Source: Thermodesulfovibrio sp. (GTDB lineage Bacteria; Nitrospirota; Thermodesulfovibrionia; Thermodesulfovibrionales; Thermodesulfovibrionaceae). Taken from it: 64,000 bases of DNA. Below are positions 38,085 to 47,424 of this stretch, one piece after another. The stretch is taken from assembly GCA_039630505.1 (NCBI GenBank), contig JBCNUV010000023.1, positions 52,670 through 116,669 on the forward strand, given 5' to 3'. Below the pieces are notes generated by a model that saw only the letters and a program-made list of their open reading frames with translations, did not search any database and was not told the DNA's origin. Each line of letters opens with the position of its first letter. Position 1 is the stretch's first letter. A program made the position numbers and the translations under genes.

Positions 38085-39887
38085 TTACATGTATCCTCTT
38101 GTGTAGTAAATTATCAAATAAAGCAAAAGAAAGAATATAGACCATAAAACAAGAACACCAACTGATATGGGCAGTAAAGGATCACCTGGATATTTTAATT
38201 TTTCAGCTCTTAAACGAGCTTTAATCTTTTCTCTTTTTTCAGGAATTGAAAAAACAAGAATTATAGAATCAATAAGAATTTTTACTGCTAAAAGAGGATT
38301 TTTTGTAAACCATCCTAAGAAATTTGGAATTTTGATAAAAAATATTGTGTTTAATCTTTGCATAATATGAGAACCCGGGTTATTAATAAACCAAACAAAA
38401 GCTTGAGCTCCTTTTCTGTAAAACCAATCCAAATCAAGATTAGTAGCCCTCATTTCTTCAGGAAAAACTCCTGCTTTCATAAGAAGTACATAAGCAAGTA
38501 TTCCAGCCAACAAAAGTTGAGTTGTTGATACTATATGAGAGGCAGTATAAGGTTCAAAATTTACAGGATATGGAAGAAGACTGTAAAGAAAACTAGGCAT
38601 AACTCCTATAAAGATGCATAAAAATGCTGTAATTCCCATAGCAATAAGCATATGAAGAGGAGACTCCTTTGTTCTTATTCCTGAGTCATGGGCAAAAAAG
38701 GCATAATAAGGAACCTTTATTCCTGCATGTTCAAGCACACCAACAGAGGCAAAGGTAAGCATAAACCAAATTGGTACTAACCCTTCTATAGCAGAGGCTT
38801 CAACTACCATTGACTTACTTACAAATCCGCTAAATAGTGGAAAAGCAGAGATTGATGCAGCACCTATAATGCAAAATAGGGCTGTAAGAGGCATGCTCTT
38901 GTAAAGTCCTCCTAAGTCAGTGCATTTAATTTTTCCTGTTCTATAGATTACAGCTCCCATAGACATAACAAGTAAAGCTTTATATAGAATATGACAAAAA
39001 ACATGTGAAAATGTTCCGTTAAGAGAAAGTTGAGTGCCAATACCTATTCCTGTGACCATATATCCAAGTTGGTTTATTAGACTGTATGAAAGTACTTTTC
39101 TTAAGTCATTTTCAATAACCGCAAAAAATATAGGAAAAACTGTCATAATAGCACCAATCCATATAAGAATTTCTTCTCCTGGAAAGGCTCTTGCAAGAAC
39201 ATAAATAGCTGTCTTGGTAGTGAAAGTCCACATAAAAACTCCACCTGTAGGTGTTGTCTTTGGATAGGCATCAGGTAGCCAAGCATGAAGTCCTGGAAAG
39301 GCACAATTTATTCCAAATCCTAAAAATATTAACCAAGAACTTAATCCATCAAGTCCAATATAACCAAAGCTTAAAGAACCTGTTTCAAAGTAACGTATTA
39401 CAACTCCGAATAAAAGAAATAATCCTCCCACTATATGAACTAATAGATATCTTAATCCTGCAGTATAGGACTCCTTTGTTCTTGATGCCCATATGAGATA
39501 GAAAGCACTGAATGCCATCATTTCCCAAAATATAAAAAGAGTAAATAAATCACCAGCAAAAACTACTCCTAATGCTGCACCTGAATATACAATAGAAGCT
39601 ATATGTTGAGCAGGCTCTTTTACATGGAGTGAGTAAAGTAACGCAATAAATGTGATTATATGGTAGATATACCCAAAAAATATGCTAATTTTATCAACTT
39701 TGACAACAATAAGCTTATACTCCAGAAAATTTATACTGTAATGAACACCTTCAGGTAGATTTATAAAATTAATAAAACCTAAAACTGGCAAAGACAATAA
39801 ATAAATACTTAAAGCCTTACCTCTTAAAAAGGGAATAACAAAAGCACCAAATATAAATAATATTGCAGGAGGAATTGGACTAATCAC
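38085..39887 (-). CDS. NuoL/MrpA(N)/MrpD-like antiporter subunit with a long C-terminal extension
   Basis: 600 aa. Proton_antipo_M core (FWEMMAFSAFYLI, HAWLPDAYP, SHVFCHILYKALLVM, FSGFVSK). Followed by a tail of about 120 aa containing an amphipathic stretch and a final TM helix. Confidence 0.85.
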   Translation of the reverse strand: MISPIPPAILFIFGAFVIPFLRGKALSIYLLSLPVLGFINFINLPEGVHYSINFLEYKLIVVKVDKISIFFGYIYHIITFIALLYSLHVKEPAQHIASIVYSGAALGVVFAGDLFTLFIFWEMMAFSAFYLIWASRTKESYTAGLRYLLVHIVGGLFLLFGVVIRYFETGSLSFGYIGLDGLSSWLIFLGFGINCAFPGLHAWLPDAYPKTTPTGGVFMWTFTTKTAIYVLARAFPGEEILIWIGAIMTVFPIFFAVIENDLRKVLSYSLINQLGYMVTGIGIGTQLSLNGTFSHVFCHILYKALLVMSMGAVIYRTGKIKCTDLGGLYKSMPLTALFCIIGAASISAFPLFSGFVSKSMVVEASAIEGLVPIWFMLTFASVGVLEHAGIKVPYYAFFAHDSGIRTKESPLHMLIAMGITAFLCIFIGVMPSFLYSLLPYPVNFEPYTASHIVSTTQLLLAGILAYVLLMKAGVFPEEMRATNLDLDWFYRKGAQAFVWFINNPGSHIMQRLNTIFFIKIPNFLGWFTKNPLLAVKILIDSIILVFSIPEKREKIKARLRAEKLKYPGDPLLPISVGVLVLWSIFFLLLYLIIYYTRGYM

Positions 39888-40122
39888 TGTAGTAATCCTC
39901 TCTCCTTTTAACTAATGGTCTTAAAATGTGCTTTGAAACCATTATAAGAAAAACAAAGGCCACGAAACCGAATGAAGCATAAAAGAAAGGATAATTCTCC
40001 CATGGAAAATAAATATGTTTATGTATGAAAAATTCAGCAATTAAGGAAAATACTAAAAATAAATAAAAAACTGCAAAAAAGATCTTTACATTTTTCGGAC
40101 TATCAAAAAAGTATCTTTTCAT
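39880..40122 (-). CDS. Small two-TM membrane protein
   Basis: 80 aa. Strong RBS (AAGGAGG). Its stop overlaps the start of the 600-aa subunit by 8 nt. Two hydrophobic helices. Confidence 0.6.
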   Translation of the reverse strand: MKRYFFDSPKNVKIFFAVFYLFLVFSLIAEFFIHKHIYFPWENYPFFYASFGFVAFVFLIMVSKHILRPLVKRREDYYSD

Positions 40123-40135
40123 TACTTGAACCTCC

Positions 40136-40231
40136 TTAAAGGGTATTAAAAAGAATATAGACTAAATAAAGAAAACAAACTACAAAAATTACATAAAAAA
40201 TCTTCAAAAACAAAGAATCAGCTTTTTTCAT
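40136..40231 (-). CDS. 31-aa single-TM micro-ORF (absent from the supplied ORF track)
   Basis: Read by hand: GGAGG-ATGAT-ATG, then MKKADSLFLKIFYVIFVVCFLYLVYILFNTL*. It starts 1 nt after the mrpD stop and ends just upstream of the RBS of the 80-aa gene. Confidence 0.4.
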   Translation of the reverse strand: MKKADSLFLKIFYVIFVVCFLYLVYILFNTL

Positions 40232-40232
40232 A

Positions 40233-41714
40233 TCATCCTCCGAAGGTCTGATTCACTATCAATATTATTAGCTTTATAAAAGGATGCGGACATAAAAATA
40301 CTACCAATGTTAAAACTGCAGTCAAAACTGTTGGAATTAAGACAAAAATTGGAGCTTCATTTATTCCATTGTATTTACTATCCTTTGATTTTTTCATAAA
40401 AGCTACATAAACTATTGGCATAAAGTAACAAGCATTTAGTATTGTACTTATAGCTAAAATAGCCAATACAAAAATCTTATCTGACTCAATAGCACCAACA
40501 CTAAGATACCACTTACTAATAAAACCTGCAAAAGGTGGAACTCCTATCATTGAGAGAGCTCCTATTGTAAATGATGCCATAATAAGAGGCATTCTTTTTC
40601 CTATTCCATCAAGTTCGCTTATTTTTGTTTTATAAGTTGTCACATATATTGCTCCTGCAGCAAAAAATAGAGTAATCTTACCAAAGGCATGGGCTATAAT
40701 ATGAAATATACTTCCTTTTAGTGCTGAAGGACTAAGAAGAGCTGCACCAAGAACAATATAAGAAAGCTGACTTACTGTAGAGTAGGCAAGTCTTAGTTTT
40801 AAGTTATCCTGTCTTAAAGCTATAACTGAGGCTGCCACTATAGTGAAAGATGCAACTACAGCAAGTACTGTTTCTAGATTAAGACTTTTTAAAAGATCAA
40901 CGCCAAATATATAAAAAACAACTCTTAGAATCATGAATACGCCAGTCTTTACTACAGCTACAGCATGAAGAAGAGCACTTACAGGTGTTGGCGCCACCAT
41001 TGCTGCAGGAAGCCAACTGTGAAGTGGCATTATAGCAGCTTTTGTAATTCCTGCAATATAAAGAAGAAAAGTAATCGTTAACAATGAAGAGGAAATATCA
41101 TTACTTAAATTTCCTCCTTTTGAAAAATAAAGATTTCCTGAAAGACAGTAAGTAAGCACAATTGCTGTAAGTTGAAATGCCACAGAAGTACTAAGTAAAT
41201 AAGCCAGATACTTTCTGGCATTTTTCTTTGCTTCCTCAGTTTCTTTATGAGCCACAAGAGGATATGTAGCTATCGTTATAATTTCATAAAATACAAAAGC
41301 AGTAAAAATATTTGCTGAAAAAGCTACGCCCATTGTAGCAGAAAGAGTTATTGCAAAATAAACAAAATAACGAGTCTGTTTATGTTCATTAAGTCCACGC
41401 ATATATCCTATTGAGTAAAAAGAAGTAATAATCCAAAGAAAAGATGCTGTCATTGCAAAAAATAATCCTAGGGCATCAATTCTAAAGTGTAAAATAAGCT
41501 CAGATGTTATTCTAAATAAGCAGTATTCAATTACTTTCCCACACAGAATATCTGGTAACATCGAAACAACTATTAAAAATTTAAAAATAGAAGCAAGAAT
41601 ACTCCATGTCTCTCTCAAATTTCTTAATTTTTCACCAGTTATTGCTATAAGAAAAGCTGATACTGCTGATACGGCTATTGCAAGTACAGGTTTTATTGAA
41701 ATACTTGTCTCCAT
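40233..41714 (-). CDS. mrpD: Mrp/Mnh antiporter subunit D-like (NuoM/N-like), copy 2
   Basis: 493 aa with about 14 TM segments. Motifs HSWLPAAMVAPTPVSALLHA, HIIAHAFGKITLFFAAG, PPFAGFISKW. Confidence 0.9.
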   Translation of the reverse strand: METSISIKPVLAIAVSAVSAFLIAITGEKLRNLRETWSILASIFKFLIVVSMLPDILCGKVIEYCLFRITSELILHFRIDALGLFFAMTASFLWIITSFYSIGYMRGLNEHKQTRYFVYFAITLSATMGVAFSANIFTAFVFYEIITIATYPLVAHKETEEAKKNARKYLAYLLSTSVAFQLTAIVLTYCLSGNLYFSKGGNLSNDISSSLLTITFLLYIAGITKAAIMPLHSWLPAAMVAPTPVSALLHAVAVVKTGVFMILRVVFYIFGVDLLKSLNLETVLAVVASFTIVAASVIALRQDNLKLRLAYSTVSQLSYIVLGAALLSPSALKGSIFHIIAHAFGKITLFFAAGAIYVTTYKTKISELDGIGKRMPLIMASFTIGALSMIGVPPFAGFISKWYLSVGAIESDKIFVLAILAISTILNACYFMPIVYVAFMKKSKDSKYNGINEAPIFVLIPTVLTAVLTLVVFLCPHPFIKLIILIVNQTFGG

Positions 41715-41718
41715 AAAT

Positions 41719-43200
41719 CTAAAATCCCTTTGGCAAACTAAATTTAATCACAGATGAGATAATCTCTCCACTGTAAAGTCCTATTATTAGAATTGCTAAG
41801 GCTGTTATAACTATTGGAATCATCATACTTATAGGTAATTCCCGAAAGTTATACATGGGAGTATTCTCATTTTTTGTAAAGTAAATTTTTTCAAGAATTC
41901 TGAAAAATATGAGTGCATTAACTAAACTACTAAAAATCAGAATGACTGCAGAAACCAAATATCCTGCCTTGACAGCACCTACTATTAAATACCACTTACT
42001 AAAAAATCCTGCAGTAGGAGGAATTCCTATCATAGACAAAGCTGCTATGGTAAATGCTGCCATTGTGATTGGCATATTTCTGTTAAGTCCATTAAAGTCT
42101 TCGATATTTCTTGAACCAATTCTATAAAAGACTCCTCCTGCAATCATAAAGAGACAACCAATCATTAATGAATCATTCAATATGTGTAAAACAGCACCTA
42201 TAAATCCCTCTTTATTCCCTATATTTATGCCAAATACCATATATCCTATCTCTGCAATCAATATGTAAGAAAGAGTTCTCTTAAAGTCCTTCTGTCCTAT
42301 TGCAATGAGACTGCCAAAAAATATCGCTATTGTTGACCACCAGATAAGAATATTTGAAAGAGGAGTCATCTCTATTAGAAATTTTGGCTCAAAAAGTGTA
42401 AAAGATATTCTGATTAAAACATATATGCCAACCTTTGTTACAGTTGCTGAAGCAAAAGCACTAACAGCAGAAGGCGCAAAAGTATACGAGTCTGGTAGCC
42501 ATCTATGAAGTGGAAATAAAGCTATTTTAATTCCAATACCTACTATAAAAAATGCTAAGGCTGTGAGAGTCACCTTTGATTCATAAAGAGATGGTAGAAG
42601 TCTTGTAAGATCGCTAATATTTAATGAACCTGTAATGATATATATATATCCTACTCCCAACAAATAAAAACAAGCTCCTATGGTACCCATTATTATATAG
42701 TGAAAACTTGCAAGAACAGAGCGTTTCTCTCCAATAGCTACCAAAGCATATGCTGAAAGAGAGGCTATTTCAAGAAACACATAAAGATTAAAGATATCTC
42801 CAGTGACGGTTATTCCAAATAATCCTGTTGCAAGAAGTAAGTATGTAGAGTAGAAATATGGTAGTTTTGCCTTTGAAATCTCCTTTTTTACACTATCCTT
42901 AGAGTAAATAGCCACGATAAAGCTCATTGATGAAACGATGACAATTAAATAGGCATTTAAATGATCTATCACATATTCGATTCCCCATGGAGCCATCCAG
43001 CCACCAAGTCTGTATCTTAATACTCCGAAGTTAATAACTTGGCATAATATATCAATTGAAAGAGCTACACATATACCTAAAACCAATACAAAAAAAGGAT
43101 AACAAAGTTTCCTTTGAAGAAAATTTAAAAATATATTAACAAATGAAGCAATTAAAGGAATAACAACGATTAAGATTGAGGAGTGTTCTGACAGATTCAT
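41719..43200 (-). CDS. mrpD: Mrp/Mnh antiporter subunit D-like (NuoM/N-like), copy 1
   Basis: 493 aa. Motifs HRWLPDSYTFAPSAVSAF, LHILNDSLMIGCLFMIAG, PPTAGFFSKW. Confidence 0.9.
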   Translation of the reverse strand: MNLSEHSSILIVVIPLIASFVNIFLNFLQRKLCYPFFVLVLGICVALSIDILCQVINFGVLRYRLGGWMAPWGIEYVIDHLNAYLIVIVSSMSFIVAIYSKDSVKKEISKAKLPYFYSTYLLLATGLFGITVTGDIFNLYVFLEIASLSAYALVAIGEKRSVLASFHYIIMGTIGACFYLLGVGYIYIITGSLNISDLTRLLPSLYESKVTLTALAFFIVGIGIKIALFPLHRWLPDSYTFAPSAVSAFASATVTKVGIYVLIRISFTLFEPKFLIEMTPLSNILIWWSTIAIFFGSLIAIGQKDFKRTLSYILIAEIGYMVFGINIGNKEGFIGAVLHILNDSLMIGCLFMIAGGVFYRIGSRNIEDFNGLNRNMPITMAAFTIAALSMIGIPPTAGFFSKWYLIVGAVKAGYLVSAVILIFSSLVNALIFFRILEKIYFTKNENTPMYNFRELPISMMIPIVITALAILIIGLYSGEIISSVIKFSLPKGF

Positions 43201-43571
43201 TTTTTCTTTCTCAGAATTTCAATTATTTCATCTTCATCAAGAGTTTTATACTGTTTATAAAGCATCATAATCACAGCAAGGGCGACACCAAATGTACTTA
43301 CCATTACCACTATGGCAGTAAGCATAAGCACATGAGGTAAAGGATTAATATACTTTGCTGGATCTATGACTTCTTGAGATTTAATTAAAATAGGTATTGT
43401 AGCATCTTTTTTATAGGCTGTTGATATGAAAAATAGGATTATTGCAGTCTGAAATATATTCATTCCTACGATTTTTTTTACCAGATTCCTTTTTGCTATC
43501 ATGGCATAAAATCCTATCATCATAAGAGCTATGTAAATCCAATAGTTATATTTACCAATAACTGTCTCCAT
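43197..43571 (-). CDS. mrpC: Mrp/Mnh antiporter subunit C (NuoK-like)
   Basis: 124 aa. Motifs NLVKKIVGMNIFQTAIILFF and NPLPHVLMLTAIVV. Confidence 0.9.
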   Translation of the reverse strand: METVIGKYNYWIYIALMMIGFYAMIAKRNLVKKIVGMNIFQTAIILFFISTAYKKDATIPILIKSQEVIDPAKYINPLPHVLMLTAIVVMVSTFGVALAVIMMLYKQYKTLDEDEIIEILRKKK

Positions 43572-44033
43572 TTAGACCTCTCCTTTTTCATGTTTACCAA
43601 AAGTTGTAAGATTAAGGAATATGGATACCATAACAGCCATAACAGTAATTCCAACCCCAATCTCTATAATTAAAGTGCCTAAGGCGCGAACCTTAACAGA
43701 GTCAGTTGGAATAATCTTATTAAGAATTCCATAGTTTAAGTACTCTGCTCCTAAAAGTATGCACAAAACTCCCACTAACGCATATATAAGAACTCCAAAA
43801 GCCATTAAAAGAGTATTTTTTTTCTCTGAAAATCTTCTTTTCATCCAGTTTATATCATAGGCAATTACCATTAGGATAAATGATGCACCTAAGATACATC
43901 CTCCTTGAAATCCTCCACCTGGACTATAATGTCCATGTGCAATAACATAAAAAGCAAAAAGTTGAATGAGAGGAATCATAATTCTACAAACTGTTTGTAT
44001 TATGAGATCATCATAAAGTCTTATCATCCTCAA
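43572..44033 (-). CDS. mrpB: Mrp/Mnh antiporter subunit B (MnhB domain; MbhF-like)
   Basis: 153 aa. HGHYSPGGGFQGG motif of the MnhB domain. Confidence 0.85.
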   Translation of the reverse strand: MRMIRLYDDLIIQTVCRIMIPLIQLFAFYVIAHGHYSPGGGFQGGCILGASFILMVIAYDINWMKRRFSEKKNTLLMAFGVLIYALVGVLCILLGAEYLNYGILNKIIPTDSVKVRALGTLIIEIGVGITVMAVMVSIFLNLTTFGKHEKGEV

Positions 44034-44295
44034 ATCTCCTTAAAAGCAGAATACATACAACAGCAGCAGTAAATATCACTGTTGTTTCTCCTAAGGTATC
44101 ATAGCCTCTGTAGTCTGCAAGAACTGAAGTAACAGCATTTGGAGTGGCAGTTTCTTCAATGGTTTTTTCAATATAACGTGGTGACACATGTAGGCTTGCT
44201 GGAGAGTTAGGATCTCCCCAGTCTGGCATATCAAGAGTGCTGTATATAAGCACAGCACCTGTAAGTATAACTATTATTAAAGCAAAAAACTTCAA
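44011..44295 (-). CDS. MnhB-related small subunit (MbhE-like)
   Basis: 94 aa. NAVTSVLADYRGYDTLGETTVIFTA, the N-terminal MnhB-domain signature. Confidence 0.75.
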   Translation of the reverse strand: MKFFALIIVILTGAVLIYSTLDMPDWGDPNSPASLHVSPRYIEKTIEETATPNAVTSVLADYRGYDTLGETTVIFTAAVVCILLLRRFEDDKTL

Positions 44296-44537
44296 TCTTT
44301 TGTCCTTCTTGTTGTTTGATAAATTGCACCTATAAAAAAGGCAGTACTAATTCCAGCACCAACAGCAGCCTCTGTAAAAGCCACATCAACAGCTCCCATT
44401 TCTGCCCATAAAATGCACATAAGAAAGCTGTAAGCACCTAAAAGTATTGCAGAACTTAATAAGTCTTTAACATGAATGGCTGCTAAAGCACATATTAGAA
44501 GAATAGTTAATATTAATATTTCCATTATCCATGTCAT
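44292..44537 (-). CDS. DUF4040 / MrpA C-terminal-domain-like small subunit (MbhD-like)
   Basis: 81 aa with three TM segments. GAVDVAFTEAAVGAGIS signature. Confidence 0.75.
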   Translation of the reverse strand: MTWIMEILILTILLICALAAIHVKDLLSSAILLGAYSFLMCILWAEMGAVDVAFTEAAVGAGISTAFFIGAIYQTTRRTKD

Positions 44538-44875
44538 TTCTTTAAATCCTCCTTTTTTATGGGAATTACTCCACTGTCTAATCCCGCCTTTGTCAAAGCA
44601 TGGGTTGCTGTAGGATTAGCAAGAAATATGAAAAAAATTATAAAGAAAATTTTTATAGAAACAAGTATTGTGCTAAAGGAAAAATCCTCTTTAAGTATAT
44701 ACACTACTACTCCCAAAAGAACCAATACTGCACCAAGAGTATCTCCCTTCCCTGTTGCTTGAAGTTTACAATAGAAATCTGGAAATCTTAAAAGTCCAAC
44801 AGTGGCAGTGAAGAAAAAGAACAATCCTATAACTACAATTATGATTATAAAAATATTTATAATAAAATCAATCAT
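44534..44875 (-). CDS. mrpG: Mrp/Mnh antiporter subunit G
   Basis: 113 aa. GLLRFPDFYCKLQATGKGDTLG signature. Confidence 0.9.
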   Translation of the reverse strand: MIDFIINIFIIIIVVIGLFFFFTATVGLLRFPDFYCKLQATGKGDTLGAVLVLLGVVVYILKEDFSFSTILVSIKIFFIIFFIFLANPTATHALTKAGLDSGVIPIKKEDLKK

Positions 44876-45180
44876 TTTCCAGTCTCCCTGTCTTTTAAAA
44901 ATTTAGTTCCCGGCTTTATACTCTTTCTAAGCCTAAAAAACTTAGATGCTGCAAGTGTAGCTATAAAGTTAAGAAGAGCATAAGCAAGAGAAATATCAAC
45001 AAACATTTCTATTCTTTTATAATAAACTCCCAACAAAACAAGAATTAATGTAGTTTTAGTTCCAATAACTCCCACTGCGGCAATTCTATCCATAATTGTA
45101 GGACTAAATATAGCACGATAAAGGCATAAAATAACCATTATTCCAAGAACTATTATTGTCAATACAAAAAAGTTTTCCAT
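44872..45180 (-). CDS. mrpF: Mrp/Mnh antiporter subunit F
   Basis: 102 aa. YRAIFSPTIMDRIAAVGVIGTK signature. Confidence 0.85.
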   Translation of the reverse strand: MENFFVLTIIVLGIMVILCLYRAIFSPTIMDRIAAVGVIGTKTTLILVLLGVYYKRIEMFVDISLAYALLNFIATLAASKFFRLRKSIKPGTKFLKDRETGK

Positions 45181-45190
45181 TATTTATTTT

Positions 45191-45697
45191 CTAATCAATT
45201 TTAATATCCTCTTCAAATATCTTAGCAACCTTTTCTTCCATCTCTCCAGTAAGCAAATCTTCAGCAACTTTTCTACTGATGCAGTGGATGATAAAAATAT
45301 TATCCTTAGTAATGTCCATAGTTATTGTTCCAGGTGTAAGAATTATCGAGTTTGCAAATACAACCTTTGATATATCCTTTTTAAGTTTAGCTTTGTATTC
45401 AAGCACAAAAGGTTCTATTGGCATTTTAGGATGTAATACTAAGTAAGCAACATGAATATTTGCAAGAATTATCTGATAAAATAGCCAAGGAATATATTTT
45501 ATAAATCTAAATCCCTCTATTATGTGAGATTTTGTAATTTTTTCGCTACTAAATAATAAGTCTCCCGAGATTAACGTAATTATTAAACAAGATATTGCTC
45601 CAAGTGACAAATGAAAAATATCAAACATTCCAGAAAAGATACACCAAAACCCAAAAAGAATGAAAAAGGTAACTACTTTCTTATTCATATCTACCAC
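45191..45697 (-). CDS. mrpE: Mrp/Mnh antiporter subunit E
   Basis: 168 aa. N-terminal TM helices, NIHVAYLVL and SIILTPGTITMD (MnhE signature). The true start may be the ATG 9 nt downstream. Confidence 0.85.
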   Translation of the reverse strand: MVDMNKKVVTFFILFGFWCIFSGMFDIFHLSLGAISCLIITLISGDLLFSSEKITKSHIIEGFRFIKYIPWLFYQIILANIHVAYLVLHPKMPIEPFVLEYKAKLKKDISKVVFANSIILTPGTITMDITKDNIFIIHCISRKVAEDLLTGEMEEKVAKIFEEDIKID

Positions 45698-45732
45698 CTT
45701 CTCTGCATAAAACAGAAATCATGCTGTAATAT

Positions 45733-46248
45733 TTATTTTTTTATCATTTCATCTGAAATTATCTCAAATATTTCAAACATTCTTACTACACCTAAAAGTT
45801 TTTTCTTGTCTTCAATTACAGGTAAAACAGGTAAGTTAAAATTAATCATTAAGTAAGCTGCTTTGAAGATTGAATCTGAAGGATCAACAAAATGTTTTAT
45901 AGGAACCATTACTTCATTTACAGGTTTTTGAAGAAAACCCTTAAAACTCTCACTGAAAAGGTTTTCCCAATCAATTTCTATTTTTTGTGCTACTGAAGAA
46001 TCTGACACTACTGCTAAGTTATTATTTGAAGAAAAAATTCCTCTTAAAACATCTTTAGGCGTTACTGTTCCAAGAAGATTATATTTTTCATCAAATACAA
46101 GCACCACAAGCGGGTCTGTATATTTTTGAGACTGAAAAAAAGATGTTTTTATTACTTTTATTACTTGTTCAATACTAAACCAATAGGGAATGTGAGGATA
46201 CTCAAATAACTCCAACATTATGTCCTTTACGACCTTCCTCTCTGTCAT
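45733..46248 (-). CDS. CBS-domain pair protein
   Basis: 171 aa. Two CBS repeats (VKDIM ... LLGTVTPKDVLR ; VNEVMVP ... LPVLPVIEDKKKLLGVVRMFEIF). First gene of the mrp-like cluster, 35 nt upstream of mrpE. Confidence 0.85.
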   Translation of the reverse strand: MTERKVVKDIMLELFEYPHIPYWFSIEQVIKVIKTSFFQSQKYTDPLVVLVFDEKYNLLGTVTPKDVLRGIFSSNNNLAVVSDSSVAQKIEIDWENLFSESFKGFLQKPVNEVMVPIKHFVDPSDSIFKAAYLMINFNLPVLPVIEDKKKLLGVVRMFEIFEIISDEMIKK

Positions 46249-46469
46249 CCTCTACCTCCGGAGATTTATAAAAGTTTTTAAAACATTTAATACTATAACA
46301 TGTTTTTATATAAATTTTTAGAGAAAGCCTTCGCTCAAAAATAATTTCTCTGAAAAAGTATTATTTTTCACAGAATTGACAGAAATAGCAACCTATCATT
46401 TTAAGCGATATTATAAAAAAGAAGGATGTAATCCTAAGCAAGAACTTAAAAAATGACATGGAAAGGCTT

Positions 46470-47402
46470 TTAAGAAATAATCCTCAAATTACTCAAAGAA
46501 AATATTAAAAGAGATAAAACTGTCGTAAGAAATATCATTTCAACAGAGGTTTTCATATCTATTCCAAAGACTGTTGCAAAGAGCATACTAAGTAACATTG
46601 AAGGCATTCCTGCCTCTACAATACAGACATTAAGAGGAATACCCGTAAGTCCAAAAATCTTTCCATATAATAAAGCAAAAAGAGGTGATATAACCACCTT
46701 AACCAAGATTGCTGGTAAAGAGGAAATAAATCTTTTTGGTGCCACAGCTTTTATAGATATTCCTACAACAAATAGCATAAGAAAAGTAATATACTTTGAA
46801 ATTAAACTGATTAAATTTATTAATTCCCCAGGTATATTTATACCTATTTCTCTAAATATCAAACCTAAAAACAATCCCCAAATAGGAGGAATTTTAATAA
46901 TTGTGACAATAGAATCTTTTAGTTTTATACTCTTTGCTCTACCATACTTCATGCATATAGCCACTGCCAATGTCCAGGTAAGTGGAGTGCTTGCCAAAAG
47001 ATCATAAGTGAAAGCATAACTCATACCCTGAGTTCCATATAGTTTTGTTAATATAGGCAAACCCATATAGAGAACATTTCCAAAAGCAGAACAAACAATA
47101 AAAGCACCTATAGATTCAGACTTTATCCCTCTAAATAAATTCATTTTTTTGTAGATTAACCAAGAAACTAAGACACAGCTTATTATTGTAAGATTAGCAA
47201 CTAAGGATACTTTAAAATGACTTAAACTAAAAGGCATTGTATAGGTTGTCTTAAAACATACAAAGGGTATTATGTAGTAAAAAACAATATGGTTGATTCT
47301 GTCACGATAATAATCAATCTTTTCAGGAGATACTCCTTTAATTGTAAGCAAAACTCGTAAAAAGACTCCGCTTAGAATAAAAAGAAAAATATCAAAAAAC
47401 AT
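46470..47402 (-). CDS. Auxin efflux carrier (AEC) family permease
   Basis: 310 aa with about 10 TM segments, glycine-rich helices and no soluble domains. Family call is by overall pattern only. Confidence 0.7.
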   Translation of the reverse strand: MFFDIFLFILSGVFLRVLLTIKGVSPEKIDYYRDRINHIVFYYIIPFVCFKTTYTMPFSLSHFKVSLVANLTIISCVLVSWLIYKKMNLFRGIKSESIGAFIVCSAFGNVLYMGLPILTKLYGTQGMSYAFTYDLLASTPLTWTLAVAICMKYGRAKSIKLKDSIVTIIKIPPIWGLFLGLIFREIGINIPGELINLISLISKYITFLMLFVVGISIKAVAPKRFISSLPAILVKVVISPLFALLYGKIFGLTGIPLNVCIVEAGMPSMLLSMLFATVFGIDMKTSVEMIFLTTVLSLLIFSLSNLRIIS

Positions 47403-47424
47403 GGATTTCTCTAAAAATTAAACT

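Noticed and set aside
46375-46409. TTGACA-N17-TTTTAA promoter-like sequence on the plus strand.
   Set aside because: No plus-strand gene lies downstream for more than 9 kb, and the -10 element is poor. It is probably fortuitous.
46417-46441. Weak hairpin (AGGAT-TAC-ATCCT followed by a T-run on the minus strand) downstream of the AEC permease gene, considered as a possible terminator.
   Set aside because: The stem is only 5 bp, which is too weak to call, although some termination or promoter signal must exist in the 221-bp spacer before the CBS/mrp cluster.
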